A stretch of 63,481 nt of DNA, the filler included, from Diploschistes diacapsis (lineage: Eukaryota): assembly GCA_023645945.1 (NCBI GenBank). It is 25 parts of 25 records of this genome, joined end to end, with 100 filler letters (N's around TTAATTAATTAA, not from the genome) between each part and the next. Parts side by side here need not be neighbours in the genome. Positions count along the whole stretch, not along the records: positions 13,742 to 36,211 come from JALAIB010000282.1; 24 more parts are not named here. One strand, given 5' to 3'. The notes beneath the pieces are model-generated. The model was not told the origin of the DNA. It saw only the letters and a program-made list of their open reading frames with translations, and made no database searches. The position numbers were made by a program, and so were the translations under genes. Positions 23,534-35,830 of the stretch are shown here, in pieces. Within the stretch, counting starts at the first letter, position 1; each line of letters opens with the position of its first letter.

Positions 23534-26500
23534 ATGGTATCTGCCAGGTCGCTGGGAATCTCAACGCCATTGGCACTTCAATATCTTGTTGCTGAAGGTA
23601 TATTACCACCAGATCCTGCCACGACGGAGTATTCCTGGCACCGTGCGACAGACCAGCCTGTACCAGAAAGCGCTTCTGCTGATGAGCTGGTCGTTACGAG
23701 GCATTGTGTTGTCTGGTCGAAGTATAACACCATATGCCGCGTCCTCAACTTTGAAGTCGAGAACGAACCCGTGACGAGTGCGTTATTTGTGACGTTCCCT
23801 CGAGATGCCGCAGACAGGTTGGATGCTGGTGATACTAGCAGTAATCGCCATGGCTCGCCTGCCTTTGCAGACGCCGATAGACTACTCAACGCCAGGAAGA
23901 GACCCGGCTTGAAGGGTGGTAGTAAGGTACATGAAGCGTCAGCCAAACCCCGTCAAGCAACAAAGGAGCCCATGGCGTCGGAGTTCGAAAGTCAAGCCAA
24001 CGGCCGGGCACTCGTGGTCCTTCTCAAGACCCAAGCGCATGTATGCTTTGTCTCGGGCTCCACTCATGTTGTCAACCTGCCCTTTGAGTCGGCTGGTGCT
24101 TTCGCCACTCCTTTTGGGTTGGTAATACAGCGGGATGTGACCCCTAAGGACAATGCCATTTCATTTCAGATGCCACCAAAGACGCCCGCAAACTCTTTCT
24201 CTGTCTCTCTCCTAGATTCTTTCCAATCTGTATCTAACCTGAAGACCATAGATGGTTTGCAAGACGAATCTCCTCTCTTGACGTCAATGTTCAGATCTTT
24301 ACTCACTTCCACCCGGCGACCAAGTCATACTAAACATCCACACCATGTATATCTTCGGGATCCCTTGACCGAGATGGGTGTGGTTAGGGAAGTAGAAGAG
24401 AACGATGCGTCAACACTGAGTAGGGTCGGGACCAGATTCTCAAATCCATCTCAGCTGCCGGCCGCTGAGAGGGTTGTCTACGTTTCTCCGTATAGCGAGC
24501 TTAGTGAAATGGTAGGTGACTCGAGCTTGTTGCTTGCCCTCAGCTGGAACGCGAGTATATGCCAATATACACTTTGGAAGGTTGTCGAGACCTCCACCGG
24601 GCTCGCCGATAAAAGTAGGAGACGTACGCGAATAAGTAGTGGCACTTCTACTGCACGGAGGCAAAGCTCCCATGGGGCCGGAACAGGGGCAAACACCCCG
24701 GCCTTGAGAGCCTCAATTAACCCGCGAGATAGCTTTGCGTCTTTTCAAGATGTCCAAGGCGATCACTTCCCTCGGAATGACACCGAGCTTGCAAGCCAAC
24801 TAGACCCAGCGTTCGAAAACCCATCTACTACGGCAAAATCATCTAGACGGATAAGCTCGCTGCTTTCACGGACGGATCCAATCGTCACGTCGGATGCCGC
24901 CAGCTTTGCAGACCCTAACCTTGGGCATAGTTTAGGGATGGGTCCACGGCGAGGTCCATCGTTTGGTTCTGGGATCCCGCGGACAAGTTTTGGACATTCT
25001 GGTTCACTCCAAAGCAGACAGCCTAACATAAGCAAAAATGGTCATGCTAATGAGGATAACTCAAGCCAGCATTCAAGTGACACGGAGATGGCCGATAGTT
25101 ACAAAGAGGGAAGTAGTCTGAAGGAAAAAAGAAGGCTCCAAAGCCTCGAACGTGATGTCGCGTTCGTGAGGATTTATTCTTTCGATCCCTCGATGCTTGA
25201 ATCACAGGGTCGAGCCCCCCCTGCATTAGATATCAAGCAAATATCATTTTTCACTATTGAGCCTTCATCAAGCGACCCACAACGTTATAAAGAGTTGACC
25301 GCATGTATCTTCAACCGCAGTACGAAACGCCTTATCGTCATGCCTTTGATGATATCGTTAACGTCGGTGCACAACCCAGGCTCTTTACCACAAGGGAGGG
25401 AAGGTGGGCAGATTCGTGTGAAGCTTCCCCAGATGGCGACCAACGTGATGAGCGTCTGCAAAATCAGAGACGGCTATCGACCTCGTATCATCATGCTGAC
25501 CGAGTCAGAGGACGGCTACGGAACCCTGGTGCTACAATCGCCTGGAAACTTACCTATACCTGTACATTTGCCACCGAAGCTTCTCATACGCAATCCATTC
25601 GATTGTGGTCAAAAAGCTCTTCAGGCGAAGAAGCGAGATGGCGGCCTTAAGAGGGTCCTTAGTGACGGGCTTGATCGCTTGTGCAGTCTACGGCCTTCGG
25701 CGGTTCCGAATCAATTTGATATTCAAGACTCCAAAGGCACCTGGCACTGTCTTGAGATCGACCTATCACCAACCAATAACTTTGTTGCGAAGGCACTCGA
25801 TGTCTGTCGGTTTGTGCTACCGCAGAGTCCAGGTGAACGCGATCCCATTCTGAGGGCGTGGTATGAAACCAAGCGCTGGTTGTTCGAGCATTATGGCGAC
25901 ATTGCGAACCTGGAATGGGCTGCATTCGTCGTTACTCTCTTCTCGATGTTCTCGGTCTACCTCCGTGATCGCTCACGTCAAAGCGCCGTTCGAAGCGGGA
26001 GAAAGACTGGTCTGCTTCGATCTAGCAGTGGCGCTAATATAGATACGGAGAGTTTCGACGCGATGATGCTTTGTGAGGACAAGCTTGGGACGAAAACGCC
26101 TCATTGGTTGGCCGGTAGCAGCTGGGGGTGGACCATGGAGAACTTCTCGAAGGCAGCAGCGGCTAGCACAGAGAAAACACCTCGGTCCTCCTTTCCAAAG
26201 AAGATTGCCTTTCTTCCGGAATGCTTGGGTTACGCCAAGGAGTTTCTTCTCACCGATGCTGGAAAGGCGGCGGTTGGTGAAGACGGCTTTCTGCTAGCTA
26301 CAAAAGCCTCCCATGCTAGTGAGGCCCAGTCTTCTTTCCCGATGCTTCTGGTTGCGCTTCACTTGCTTAGAGAGGAGAGCAAACTTGATGTCTTGTGCTC
26401 CGAATTCGTTCATTCATTGACTCCAATCCTTGCTCAAATCGGCGGCTGGCTCGGGTGCGAAGAGTGGAGCTGGAAAGATTCCTCGTTTTATAGCTATGAA

Positions 26501-29428
26501 AGTGCAGATTTGGAGCGTTGGATATTTGAAAAGCTATCAATAGAGCCATTAACTGTTGCGAAACCTCAGGGGCCACCCCCCTCAATCTTAGAATATGTGG
26601 AAGCAGTTTTCAATGGAGAGTCCAACAAGTCATTTCCTACCTTACTAGATGTGACTCGATCGAATGACCCAGCGTCGGTACAACGTGTCAAGGAGCTCAC
26701 TCCCAGGACCAAAATGCTTCGGGAGCTACTTGATCTCCGGCGTACTTCGCCCTCCGAATTTGTCAGTCGGTTACTGCGCTTGGACTGGAGTCTTCCGATG
26801 ATCGAGTCCTTTCCAGAAGGTGTCGTTGCTCCGCTAAGGTCGGAAATAGTCTCCTGCCAGGCAGAGCCATCTTTGAAGCTCTCGCCAGCTGCTCTGGCAC
26901 TAATCGACCGTCACGACATAGCGATGCTCATACAGCGTAATCAGATCCAGAAACCGCACAGCCGACCCGCCGAAACGCCTTATCATGATGCATTGAGGGA
27001 TTACCATGCCATCTGCAACTCCGCGTTGGAACATGATCAATTAGGATCATACGATGGCTCCGCAGAAATGGATAGGCAAGCCGTGACGCGTATGGTCTTC
27101 AAAGACGACCAAAGATTCTCCGAGGCGGCTAAACTACTACATCCGCTCAGACCAGCAGTTGCGCGATGTTTCCCAGAACCGGATTGGAGCGATACCGATC
27201 TTCTTGAGGCTCAGCAAGAATTAGCCAAGGTTATCGCTATACGTACCCTTTCCGTCTCCCCAGGTCGAGGAATGCTCTTCTACAGTGCACGGTTTCCACT
27301 CCTGACCGAAAAGTTCCCCATTCACGGCTTCACTCTAAGCTGCATCATGAAACCAGCCAATACGACTGTCACGGCTGACAAGAACTCCTATTCTGAAGAA
27401 AAGGTATCGTGGGCTTTCTTTCACGCCGGTGTAGAGGCTGGTTTGAGCATCTCCAAAAATGCAAAAGGACTTGATACGTCCTGGATATTGTTCAACAAGC
27501 CCCGTGAACTGGGCGACAGACATGCTGGATTCTTACTGGCCCTTGGCTTGAATGGCCACTTAAAGTCAATCGCGAAGTGGGTCGCTTTTAAGTATTTAAC
27601 TCCCAAGCATACGATGACTTCCATCGGACTGCTTCTCGGACTCGCGGCTTCGTATTTGGGAACGATGGATACGCTCATTACTCGACTGTTATCAGTTCAC
27701 GTTACAAGAATGCTCCCTCCTGGTGCGGCAGAGTTGAACCTTTCAGCTTTAACGCAAACGACAGGCATCATGGCTCTTGGCCTACTCTATTGTAATACTC
27801 AGCACCGTCGCATAAGCGAAGTAATGCTCTCCGAAATGGAGAATGTGGAGCAAGATGAGTACACCAACCCTTTGGAGAATCTAAGGGGCGAAGGATACCG
27901 GCTAGCGGCAGGGTTCGCCCTTGGCTATATCAACCTTGGCCAAGGAAAGAACTTGAAGGGACTACACGATATGCGCATCGTCGAACGACTGCTCGCGCTT
28001 GCTGTTGCAACGAAGAAAGTCGATCTGGTTCACATTCTGGACAAGGCTACGGCAGCTGCGGCCATTGCAATAGCGCTGGTCTTCCTCAAGACGGAAGACG
28101 CTGCCCTCGCAAAGAAGATTGATGTCCCGGATACGATCCACCAATTCGAATACGTGCGGCCCGACATTTTTCTCCTGAGGACGGTGGCAAGGCATTTGAT
28201 CATGTGGAAAGGCATCACCCCGACAGTGGTATGGATGCAGAAACAGCTTCCTGTTCCTCTAAGAAGGAGAGTCAGGCTGAAACATATTCGTGCGCTCCAT
28301 ACCGGGGATTTGCCACTATACAATATCATCGCCGGACTTTGCCTGAGCATTGGGCTAAGATTTGCTGGCAGTGCAAGACAAGATGTGCGAGATCTTCTTG
28401 GACTCTACCTCAACCAATTCATGCGGATCAGCCGTCTTCCGGCGCTTCACTACGACGGCAGGCTCACACGAATGACCACTAGAAACTGCCAAGATACGGT
28501 GGCTCTTGCGGCAGCATCCGTCATGGCTGGCACTGGAGATATCTATCTGCTGCGTCGCTTCAGAGCGCTCCATGGCAGATCGGACCCGGAAACCCCATAT
28601 GGTAGCCATCTTGCAGCTCATCAGGCCATAGGTGCTTTGTTCTTGGGTGGAGGAACACACACATTCAATACTTCCAATATCGCAGTCGCATCGCTTCTTT
28701 GCGCGTTCTATCCACTGTTTCCTACTAACGTGCAGGATAGCAGGTCGCATCTTCAGGCTTTCCGGCATTTCTGGGTCTTTGCGGCAGAGCCTCGCTGCAT
28801 GATCGTGCGCAGCACAGAGACTCAAAAGCCGCTGTCCATTCCAATCATCGTCACCATGCGCTCCGGAGAGGAGTTCAATTCTACAGCCCCATGCTTACTT
28901 CCAGAGCTGGAGAGAATAGCAAAGGTTCACTCCAACGACCCTCAATACTGGCGCGTCACGCTGGACTTTGCGAGCAGTCCCGATCAGCTGGCGGCCTTCA
29001 AAAGGCACCAAAGCATGTTCGTGCGCCGGCGTGGGCCCTACGATGCCAGCTCGACTGTCTTCGCAGCAACCATGCAGGCGCTCAACGACAAGCAGATGGC
29101 GAACCAGATGAGCATGCAGGCCTTTGAGTGGGTCTTCAACCTGCCGTCCTTTGCTTCGTTCGATCGAGCCGAAAGGATGCTCGTCTTGCCCGCGGAGACC
29201 TCGACGATCCTGCATCTAGCGCATAGGACAACAGTGGTGGATGATAGACTTTCACTGGAGCGCGAGTGTGTTGCGAGTGGCAAGGCGGAAAGGCTGTGGA
29301 ACTTAAGGGTGCTCTTCGCATGGGCCGAGCGGACGCAGAGGGAGGGGGGGCAGATGGCTTGGCTAGGGAAGGACGTGGTCGAGGCGTTGAGGGCAAAGAT
29401 CGGTCTAGTGTGGCGGAAGGACTCTTGA
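23534..29428 (+). CDS. APC1: Anaphase-promoting complex subunit 1 (APC1/BimE), intronless, 1964 aa
   Basis: First ATG at 23534; PC-repeat motifs FHAGVEAGL, HAGFLLALGLNGHL, YGSHLAAHQAIGALFLGGG, HLQAFRHFWV. Confidence 0.96.
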   Translation: MVSARSLGISTPLALQYLVAEGILPPDPATTEYSWHRATDQPVPESASADELVVTRHCVVWSKYNTICRVLNFEVENEPVTSALFVTFPRDAADRLDAGDTSSNRHGSPAFADADRLLNARKRPGLKGGSKVHEASAKPRQATKEPMASEFESQANGRALVVLLKTQAHVCFVSGSTHVVNLPFESAGAFATPFGLVIQRDVTPKDNAISFQMPPKTPANSFSVSLLDSFQSVSNLKTIDGLQDESPLLTSMFRSLLTSTRRPSHTKHPHHVYLRDPLTEMGVVREVEENDASTLSRVGTRFSNPSQLPAAERVVYVSPYSELSEMVGDSSLLLALSWNASICQYTLWKVVETSTGLADKSRRRTRISSGTSTARRQSSHGAGTGANTPALRASINPRDSFASFQDVQGDHFPRNDTELASQLDPAFENPSTTAKSSRRISSLLSRTDPIVTSDAASFADPNLGHSLGMGPRRGPSFGSGIPRTSFGHSGSLQSRQPNISKNGHANEDNSSQHSSDTEMADSYKEGSSLKEKRRLQSLERDVAFVRIYSFDPSMLESQGRAPPALDIKQISFFTIEPSSSDPQRYKELTACIFNRSTKRLIVMPLMISLTSVHNPGSLPQGREGGQIRVKLPQMATNVMSVCKIRDGYRPRIIMLTESEDGYGTLVLQSPGNLPIPVHLPPKLLIRNPFDCGQKALQAKKRDGGLKRVLSDGLDRLCSLRPSAVPNQFDIQDSKGTWHCLEIDLSPTNNFVAKALDVCRFVLPQSPGERDPILRAWYETKRWLFEHYGDIANLEWAAFVVTLFSMFSVYLRDRSRQSAVRSGRKTGLLRSSSGANIDTESFDAMMLCEDKLGTKTPHWLAGSSWGWTMENFSKAAAASTEKTPRSSFPKKIAFLPECLGYAKEFLLTDAGKAAVGEDGFLLATKASHASEAQSSFPMLLVALHLLREESKLDVLCSEFVHSLTPILAQIGGWLGCEEWSWKDSSFYSYESADLERWIFEKLSIEPLTVAKPQGPPPSILEYVEAVFNGESNKSFPTLLDVTRSNDPASVQRVKELTPRTKMLRELLDLRRTSPSEFVSRLLRLDWSLPMIESFPEGVVAPLRSEIVSCQAEPSLKLSPAALALIDRHDIAMLIQRNQIQKPHSRPAETPYHDALRDYHAICNSALEHDQLGSYDGSAEMDRQAVTRMVFKDDQRFSEAAKLLHPLRPAVARCFPEPDWSDTDLLEAQQELAKVIAIRTLSVSPGRGMLFYSARFPLLTEKFPIHGFTLSCIMKPANTTVTADKNSYSEEKVSWAFFHAGVEAGLSISKNAKGLDTSWILFNKPRELGDRHAGFLLALGLNGHLKSIAKWVAFKYLTPKHTMTSIGLLLGLAASYLGTMDTLITRLLSVHVTRMLPPGAAELNLSALTQTTGIMALGLLYCNTQHRRISEVMLSEMENVEQDEYTNPLENLRGEGYRLAAGFALGYINLGQGKNLKGLHDMRIVERLLALAVATKKVDLVHILDKATAAAAIAIALVFLKTEDAALAKKIDVPDTIHQFEYVRPDIFLLRTVARHLIMWKGITPTVVWMQKQLPVPLRRRVRLKHIRALHTGDLPLYNIIAGLCLSIGLRFAGSARQDVRDLLGLYLNQFMRISRLPALHYDGRLTRMTTRNCQDTVALAAASVMAGTGDIYLLRRFRALHGRSDPETPYGSHLAAHQAIGALFLGGGTHTFNTSNIAVASLLCAFYPLFPTNVQDSRSHLQAFRHFWVFAAEPRCMIVRSTETQKPLSIPIIVTMRSGEEFNSTAPCLLPELERIAKVHSNDPQYWRVTLDFASSPDQLAAFKRHQSMFVRRRGPYDASSTVFAATMQALNDKQMANQMSMQAFEWVFNLPSFASFDRAERMLVLPAETSTILHLAHRTTVVDDRLSLERECVASGKAERLWNLRVLFAWAERTQREGGQMAWLGKDVVEALRAKIGLVWRKDS

Positions 29429-30046
29429 ATGCATCTACAGCGCTTCCCGTTCCTAACTGCATAGCGTGGGCGCTTCTGAAGACGGATACGAACAATACAG
29501 CAGGCACAAAGATTCCTACGTTCAAATTATATGGACTTCCAGTCAAGTTCGAGAATGTTATTTCCAAGCGATAGAGCAACTGTAGGTTATGCAAAAGCCT
29601 TGACACCCAAACATTGTATGGCAAGACTAGGATTTTTCGCAGCATTTGGGTCGAACAGGTCCGCTAAGGTTGCAAGTAAATCGCTGCGTTTCCGGTATCT
29701 AGATAAAATAGAATGAAGAAAGTCCATGTCTAATTCCGACCAAGATGTCGGTAGTTATGTTGACGTGCACCTTGTAAAAGTGATTGTATAATAGCTCATC
29801 TTGAACAACGACTTCACATATGTATGACAACACGGGTAGATAGGCGTTTATGTAGTGGGGTCCCGTACCGAGTCTAGAGTTTCACACCAAGGAACTCTGA
29901 GTCTTTCGCCGTACTTAATACGTAAGGCAGCAATGCAATGTCCGCCATCATCAAACCACCACCTTTGGGGACTCGCTCCGCTGGAGCTGAGGATCGAACA
30001 TCTGCTCATCAACCCGCGAGAATCATAATAAGGTTTCCATTCCGCC

Positions 30047-31795
30047 ATGGCCTCCCACAGCGGCGGGGTGAAGGGCGCAGCCCAACCCCTCAACGTCGAA
30101 CAGATCGTCCAAGAAGCCAAGAACTTCGATTATAACCCGCATATTCCTCTCAAATACTGGCTTCGAACGGCGGCGACGCTACTGAGAGAGGCGAGTCCCC
30201 ATTTCTCCTCACACTACGCTCTGCTCTAATTCACCGCAGGCAGAGATCTATGAAGGCGAAGGCAACCAGCAGCAGACCTACCTCTTGCTGTTCCGGCATG
30301 CCGAGCTCGTCATAAACCATCTTGCTACTCATGCAGATGCGGCCTCCCAAGAGAACAAAGCGGGCCTTCTGCAAGCTGAGAAGGATGTCGGCACCAGTCT
30401 GACGAAGCTCGACCGACTGAAGCCACAGATAAACCAGAGGTACGAGCGTTACGAGAAATTGGCTCACAAGCGGGCGGCTGAGGGCGCTGGCAGTGGCCCT
30501 CGCCATGCGCCAAGTGTATCTAGGCGAGAATGGAGGTTTTCAGACCGCGGTAGAAGGTCATCTATCGATCCAGCTGGGATACAATCAATTGCGGCAGATG
30601 AAAACAAAGACCTGGCGGTCAAACTCGCACGCTCAGAGATCAAGAGGAGAGCAGTTGCCAGGAAAGCTACTAGACAGGCCGGTATATCTGAGGAGGTCGA
30701 GCAGGAGAGGCGCACAGCGGGGCTTTGGGGTAACTGGGAAGAGGCCTTCACAAACGATGAGACGGACATGGATCGGGATACTCTGAGCCGGCAGATGCAG
30801 AACGTCAGAATGGAGATCGACGGCAAGAAGGACCGCGCGGGTATCACGCGGCGCGAGTCAAGACCCAGACAGCCAGTTCCACGCCCCCAATACAGCTATC
30901 CCACGGTCCCCGTCAAAAACCAACATCATGACGGCGTCGCCAACTCTCTCCTAGACCAGCGCCAACGTCCATTTAGTTTCGTCGAGTCCGACCAAGGACC
31001 CCCTACACCGCCACCAAAAGACATGTCATCGAGCAGAGCAGCGCCACCCAAACCTGCCAAAACCCCCTTCTCGGACGTGGAACTTGCCACAGTCAGAGAC
31101 CCCAGTCCGGCCTCGGATCTCAAACCGTCAGGCTTCACCTTCAAGCCGTCGGCCTTCCTCGAGAACGGATCTCCCCTCCGCACAATATTCCTACCTCCCG
31201 AGCTCCGGCACAAGTTCGTCACTATCGCCGAATCCAACACGCGCAAGAATCTCGAAACATGCGGCATCCTCTGCGGCACGCTAATCTCGAACGCACTGTT
31301 CATCTCAAAGCTTGTGATTCCAGAACAGAGGAGCACGTCGGACACGTGCGAGATGGTGAACGAGAACAGGCTCTTCGACCACGTGGACGGCGAGGATCTG
31401 ATGGTGCTGGGATGGATACACACGCATCCGACGCAGACGTGCTTCATGAGCAGCAGAGACTTGCACACGCATTGCGGGTACCAAGTCATGATGCCCGAGA
31501 GCATCGCGATCGTATGTGCACCAACGAAGAACCCGGAGTAAGTTTCAAGTGTCCCTCAACGCTACTCTCCATGCGGATGTAGAAACGACCATGGCTGACA
31601 TGTTTCTGTCGTAGATGGGGCGTCTTCCGTCTCACCGACCCGCCAGGAATGCCCTCTGTGCTCAACTGCACGCAGACCGGCCTTTTCCATCCGCATGCCG
31701 AAACAAACATCTACACCGACGCGTTACGACCGGGCCACGTCTTTGAAGCAAAGGGGTTGGAGTTCGACGTCTATGACATGCGACCCGGTATGTGA
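30047..31795 (+). CDS. AMSH/STAMBP-like JAMM metallo-deubiquitinase (Sst2-like), 540 aa (exons 30047-30190, 30240-31537, 31615-31795)
   Basis: N-terminal MIT/USP8-like region; JAMM motifs NLETCGILCG and GWIHTHPTQTCFMSSRDLHTH; C-terminal FRLTDPPG...FHPH; 1623 nt in frame. Confidence 0.93.
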
Positions 31796-34382
31796 GCCCG
31801 GGTTGAGATTGGGGATTGTGCATGCATGTCCGGAAACATCTTAGGGGGAGGCTACTATGGGCAAAAAGAGGTCGGCTGAGGAAGACACACTATTATCAGT
31901 GTGGTATGGACGCACGAAGCAGCATTGATTTGAAGCCCTGGATTTAGCATTGGCGCTCTCCGGGCGTATTTTGGGATGCAGGTAGCATGTATGCATGTAT
32001 GTACTGGAGGGCTGCAGGAGGGCTTCACTTTCTTCCGCTTGCAAAACCTGCTTATACATCCAGTGCTGCTTCTCTGAATATTCGTATTTATACATGTATT
32101 CTTGATTAAGCCAATGTCTTATGAAGTAAGTTGAGCGATATATATATATATATATTGAGCCGTTACGCGCTAAGTAAACTCGCTGTAGAGAACGACGACT
32201 TGTGGCGAGTAAAGACAGAAGTTTTTCTTCGCTCATGCTCCAGCAACCCAGATGTTTCTCCAACCAGAGAACATCATACTTATCAGCACGAAGCTCCTTC
32301 CTTGCGCTGCTGCTCTTTCAATGTCATGTCTAGAGAGCAGGATTATGTTACTCAACGCATCTCTTCTGGCCCAAACCCTTGGTATCTCTGTACCATCGGT
32401 TCAGTATCTGCGCGTTCTTCGTATCTTCGTATTCTGCTCTTCTTTGCGGCGGAAAGCCTGCATAGCGCTATTGAGCTCGGTGGATACTGACCATTTGTTC
32501 ATTACAAGTTCATTACAAGTTCCCAAATACATGTGATTACCCCCTCGAGCGCTTTCACGGTTCATGGGTTGGTTTCCAGTTGCAATGGCATTCAAGCTTT
32601 GTCACGGGTTCAAACCCTCTTTGCTTGGTTGTCGTTGCTCGTAGAGAAAATCTGCTGTGGGGGTGCTGGCGCGAAAGAATGAAGGATACTTGATTTTTTG
32701 CTCGTTTTTGCGTGTCGGATTCGTTCAGAGGATCTAATGCTTCGTCGTTTGCTCTCGCTGTACGGATTCTATCAATGCTACATGTTTATATTCGTTGGAT
32801 TCAACCAGCCTATCTGAGGCAGGGGACCCCTGTGGCTCGAAGCCGCTGGTCTTGAAAGCATCTCTATCAGCAGGTGGCGGCAGCAATCGTTTCGGTGGCT
32901 GCTGAAACAAACAAGTGTTAGCCATAGAAGCAGTCAGCAGAACTTGACCCCGAGACTCGTGGTTACTACCTTATGTTTGGGCCCTGACGCGTCGTAGCAT
33001 CGGGTTGTTCGTTCGCAACATGCACACGAATAGGATAAGGCCACCCAGCGTACAACGTAAGACGACCATCCCCTGCAGAGTGGGCTGGAATTTCGGAAAG
33101 AAGTTGCGGTGCAAAAATGTTGGCAACCCGCAATATGGCGCAACAAGCTATCTAGGGCTTTCCACCACAGAAACGCAAAGTCTTTCGGAGGTTCTACAAG
33201 ATGGCCAAATGGATGGATAAACTTCAATTACAAAGTCCAAGCTTTTGAAGAAGATGATCGTTTTTGTCAGATCTACAACTTGTTTGATATCCCTTCAATA
33301 GCTGTGCGTTGTGGCTGTCGATCCGCAATAAAGCTTGATCAATCGCTTGGGCCTCCATCGCTACCCCGTCTCGGAGTGGTACTTTTCACCAGTGGCTACA
33401 AAGGTATCTTCATTCCCGACAAAGAAGCCCGAACTCGTGGCCTAGCCGAATCATGTTCTGTGCGAGCCCTTTGAGTGGAGCCACGGACCAAGTCAACAAC
33501 CCAAGGTGCAATAAAGGGCATCCAGTTACGACAATGTACTACAGTCCCAGGCGGAGGCGATCAAGGATTGTTGTCGAAAAACGGCACGAGGAGCTGTCAG
33601 CGATAACACTGACGATAACTCTAAGCCCTTGAGCAACTCTGTTTGTTACCTTACAACAGTAGCATTCCAGAGGCACGACCTGCTAGTCCCGAAGCGTAAG
33701 GTGAGCGAAAATCACACATCTCAGGCTCATAGGCAACAGACATCCGGAATTTACGCAGAACTGGGTTAAACCCTTAGTCGCTTTTTGCTCTGTTTCTCCA
33801 AGAACATCCTAAGCAGGAGAAAAACTCGGAGCAGAAGTTTTCACTTTGTTGGGACTCTTCGGATGCAAATCCAATGCACATCAAGCCCTCAGCCTAGTGT
33901 CTCTAGTCAGGGGTTTTAGCATCCTTCGCTCCGTAGCCTTCGGCCTTGTTCTGTGCCCATCAGCCAAACATGTTCTCCGCTTCTTCCCCCTAGTGCTTGA
34001 CTAAACCACTGGCCAATTTCCATTCTTAAAATGGCGTCCCCATCGAGTCAGGGGGTGTGGGTTGTTCTCTGTTGGCGGGCGTGGCGCCCTTGGTATGTAA
34101 GATCTCTTTCTTTCCCACTTTTCTTATTTCTTTCTTCTTTTTCTTGTTAGTTCCCTTAACTTCGAAGCCTTGTGCACAGCCAGTCCTTTCGCAGCAAACA
34201 ATCGCGTTCACTCCTTTACGCGGTGTTTCTGCATTACAATCGTTCGTCACTAGCCATAGTCATCGATTCTAAAACCGAAGTCATCGCATAGACTGCATTC
34301 GTGCTTATCCGTGATCGAGACGAATTCGCTTCCCACAATCTACAATTATATCACGCAACACAAAACAATATAAAAAACCAAG

Positions 34383-35168
34383 ATGAAGGCTTCCATCGCA
34401 ACCCTGGTGCTGGTCGCCACTGCTGCCCTTGCTTCGCCCTCTGCGAACAGGCACAAGCTCTTCCATCGCCAAAACAAGCGCGCTCCTGCTCCGTAAGTTG
34501 CATCAGCACCGAAATTCCTATATGCATCACAAACTAACGGCTCATTCAGTGCAATCCAATCTCGCGAAGCCGCCACCCTGACCGCACTTCTCTCTCCCCT
34601 AGGCATCCCCGCCGTCAGCCAGTCCGCCTCCGTCTACACGGGTACCTCGGGCCCCTACGTCAACACCATCACCAACAACGCCGGCCAGGACGTCGCGCTC
34701 GTTGCCTGGAACAACGGCCAATTCAAGCTCGACAGCAGCTCCCTGCCAGTCATCACCGTGCTGATCCCCAATGGCCAGACCGCCAGCATCTCCATGGCCG
34801 ACAACTACTCGGGCGCCATGACGGTCGTGCATCCCAACTCGCAGCCGTCCGTCTCCGGCATGATCAACGACACTCTGATCGAGATGACGACGGGCCAGTA
34901 CGGCGTCGTCGACATCTCGCGCGAGCTCAACATGGCCGGCAGCGACATCTCTGTGTCTGGAAGCCAGTGCACCACCTCCATGGACCAGTGCGTCTTCACC
35001 TGTCTTAACGGCGAGATCACCTGCGGCTGGGACTCGCCCTACCAGCTGACTAACTGCGCCACGGGCTCCCAGCCAGGTGCGTCGTTCGGCACCTACGCCG
35101 GCGCTGACTCGGGCGGATGCATGATCGAGACCCAGCTCACTACCACCATCAACTCTTTAGCGGGTTGA
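34383..35168 (+). CDS. Secreted protein, 242 aa, 6 C-terminal Cys; resembles Asp f 4-like fungal secreted proteins (exons 34383-34492, 34550-35168)
   Basis: Signal peptide MKASIATLVLVATAALA; KR site; GTAAGT/ACTAAC/CAG intron joins in frame to ORF 34758-35168; strong C-ending codon bias; family assignment tentative. Confidence 0.85.
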
Positions 35169-35830
35169 TTGAATCGGTCGATCATCGCTTTGGGATTCCG
35201 AGCCTGCGGATGTCGTGTCATGTCGTGCTGTTCGGGAGCCTCTTTCTTTTGTGACAATGGGAGTGAGGTGCGTTGGGTGGGATTGGATAGCTGCCGTCGC
35301 TGTTGTTCACTTTGCATGTATGTATGTAGATTCCTGTATAATTCGATTCTTGATACACAACCTTTTTTTTTGTCATTGTCTTGGGTATGTGCTCGCATTA
35401 TCTTCGCGATGACTGATGATGATTGCGGTGAAGCTGTTGAAGGAGCACTCTCGCTTTGCACGATACCGCATCCCGCTGAACCGTAAGTACACATTGCTTG
35501 GGCTGCACTTGTACGCTGTTTCAATGCGTTGATGCCTCTGGAATTGGGTGGGCACTACTCGAAGGCATTTACTTGCTGAATGACTCGCCGCCTCGAATCA
35601 CTAAATGCCTACTATTTGTTCGAGTCGAAGTTTTGCTGATTACTTGAAAAAAACATTACCTCTAAGCCAAGGCGCATGTCGAACTACTACTACGGAGCAC
35701 ATTGCGTTCATCTGGGCATCTGCGCTGGAAGCCATAACTTTTGTCCCCTTTCTCCTTTCTCATTCCCTTCTCATTCCTGTCTCATTCCTTTCCCATCCCC
35801 CTTCCACCTCACTCTTCCCCACGTATCCCT

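Noticed and set aside
23578..31710. Many short overlapping or antisense ORFs within APC1 and the AMSH-like gene
   Set aside because: Shadow ORFs of long GC-balanced coding sequence
31788..31844. Possible extra intron (GTATGT) at the end of the AMSH-like gene
   Set aside because: Domain already complete, stop follows immediately, no clear branch site
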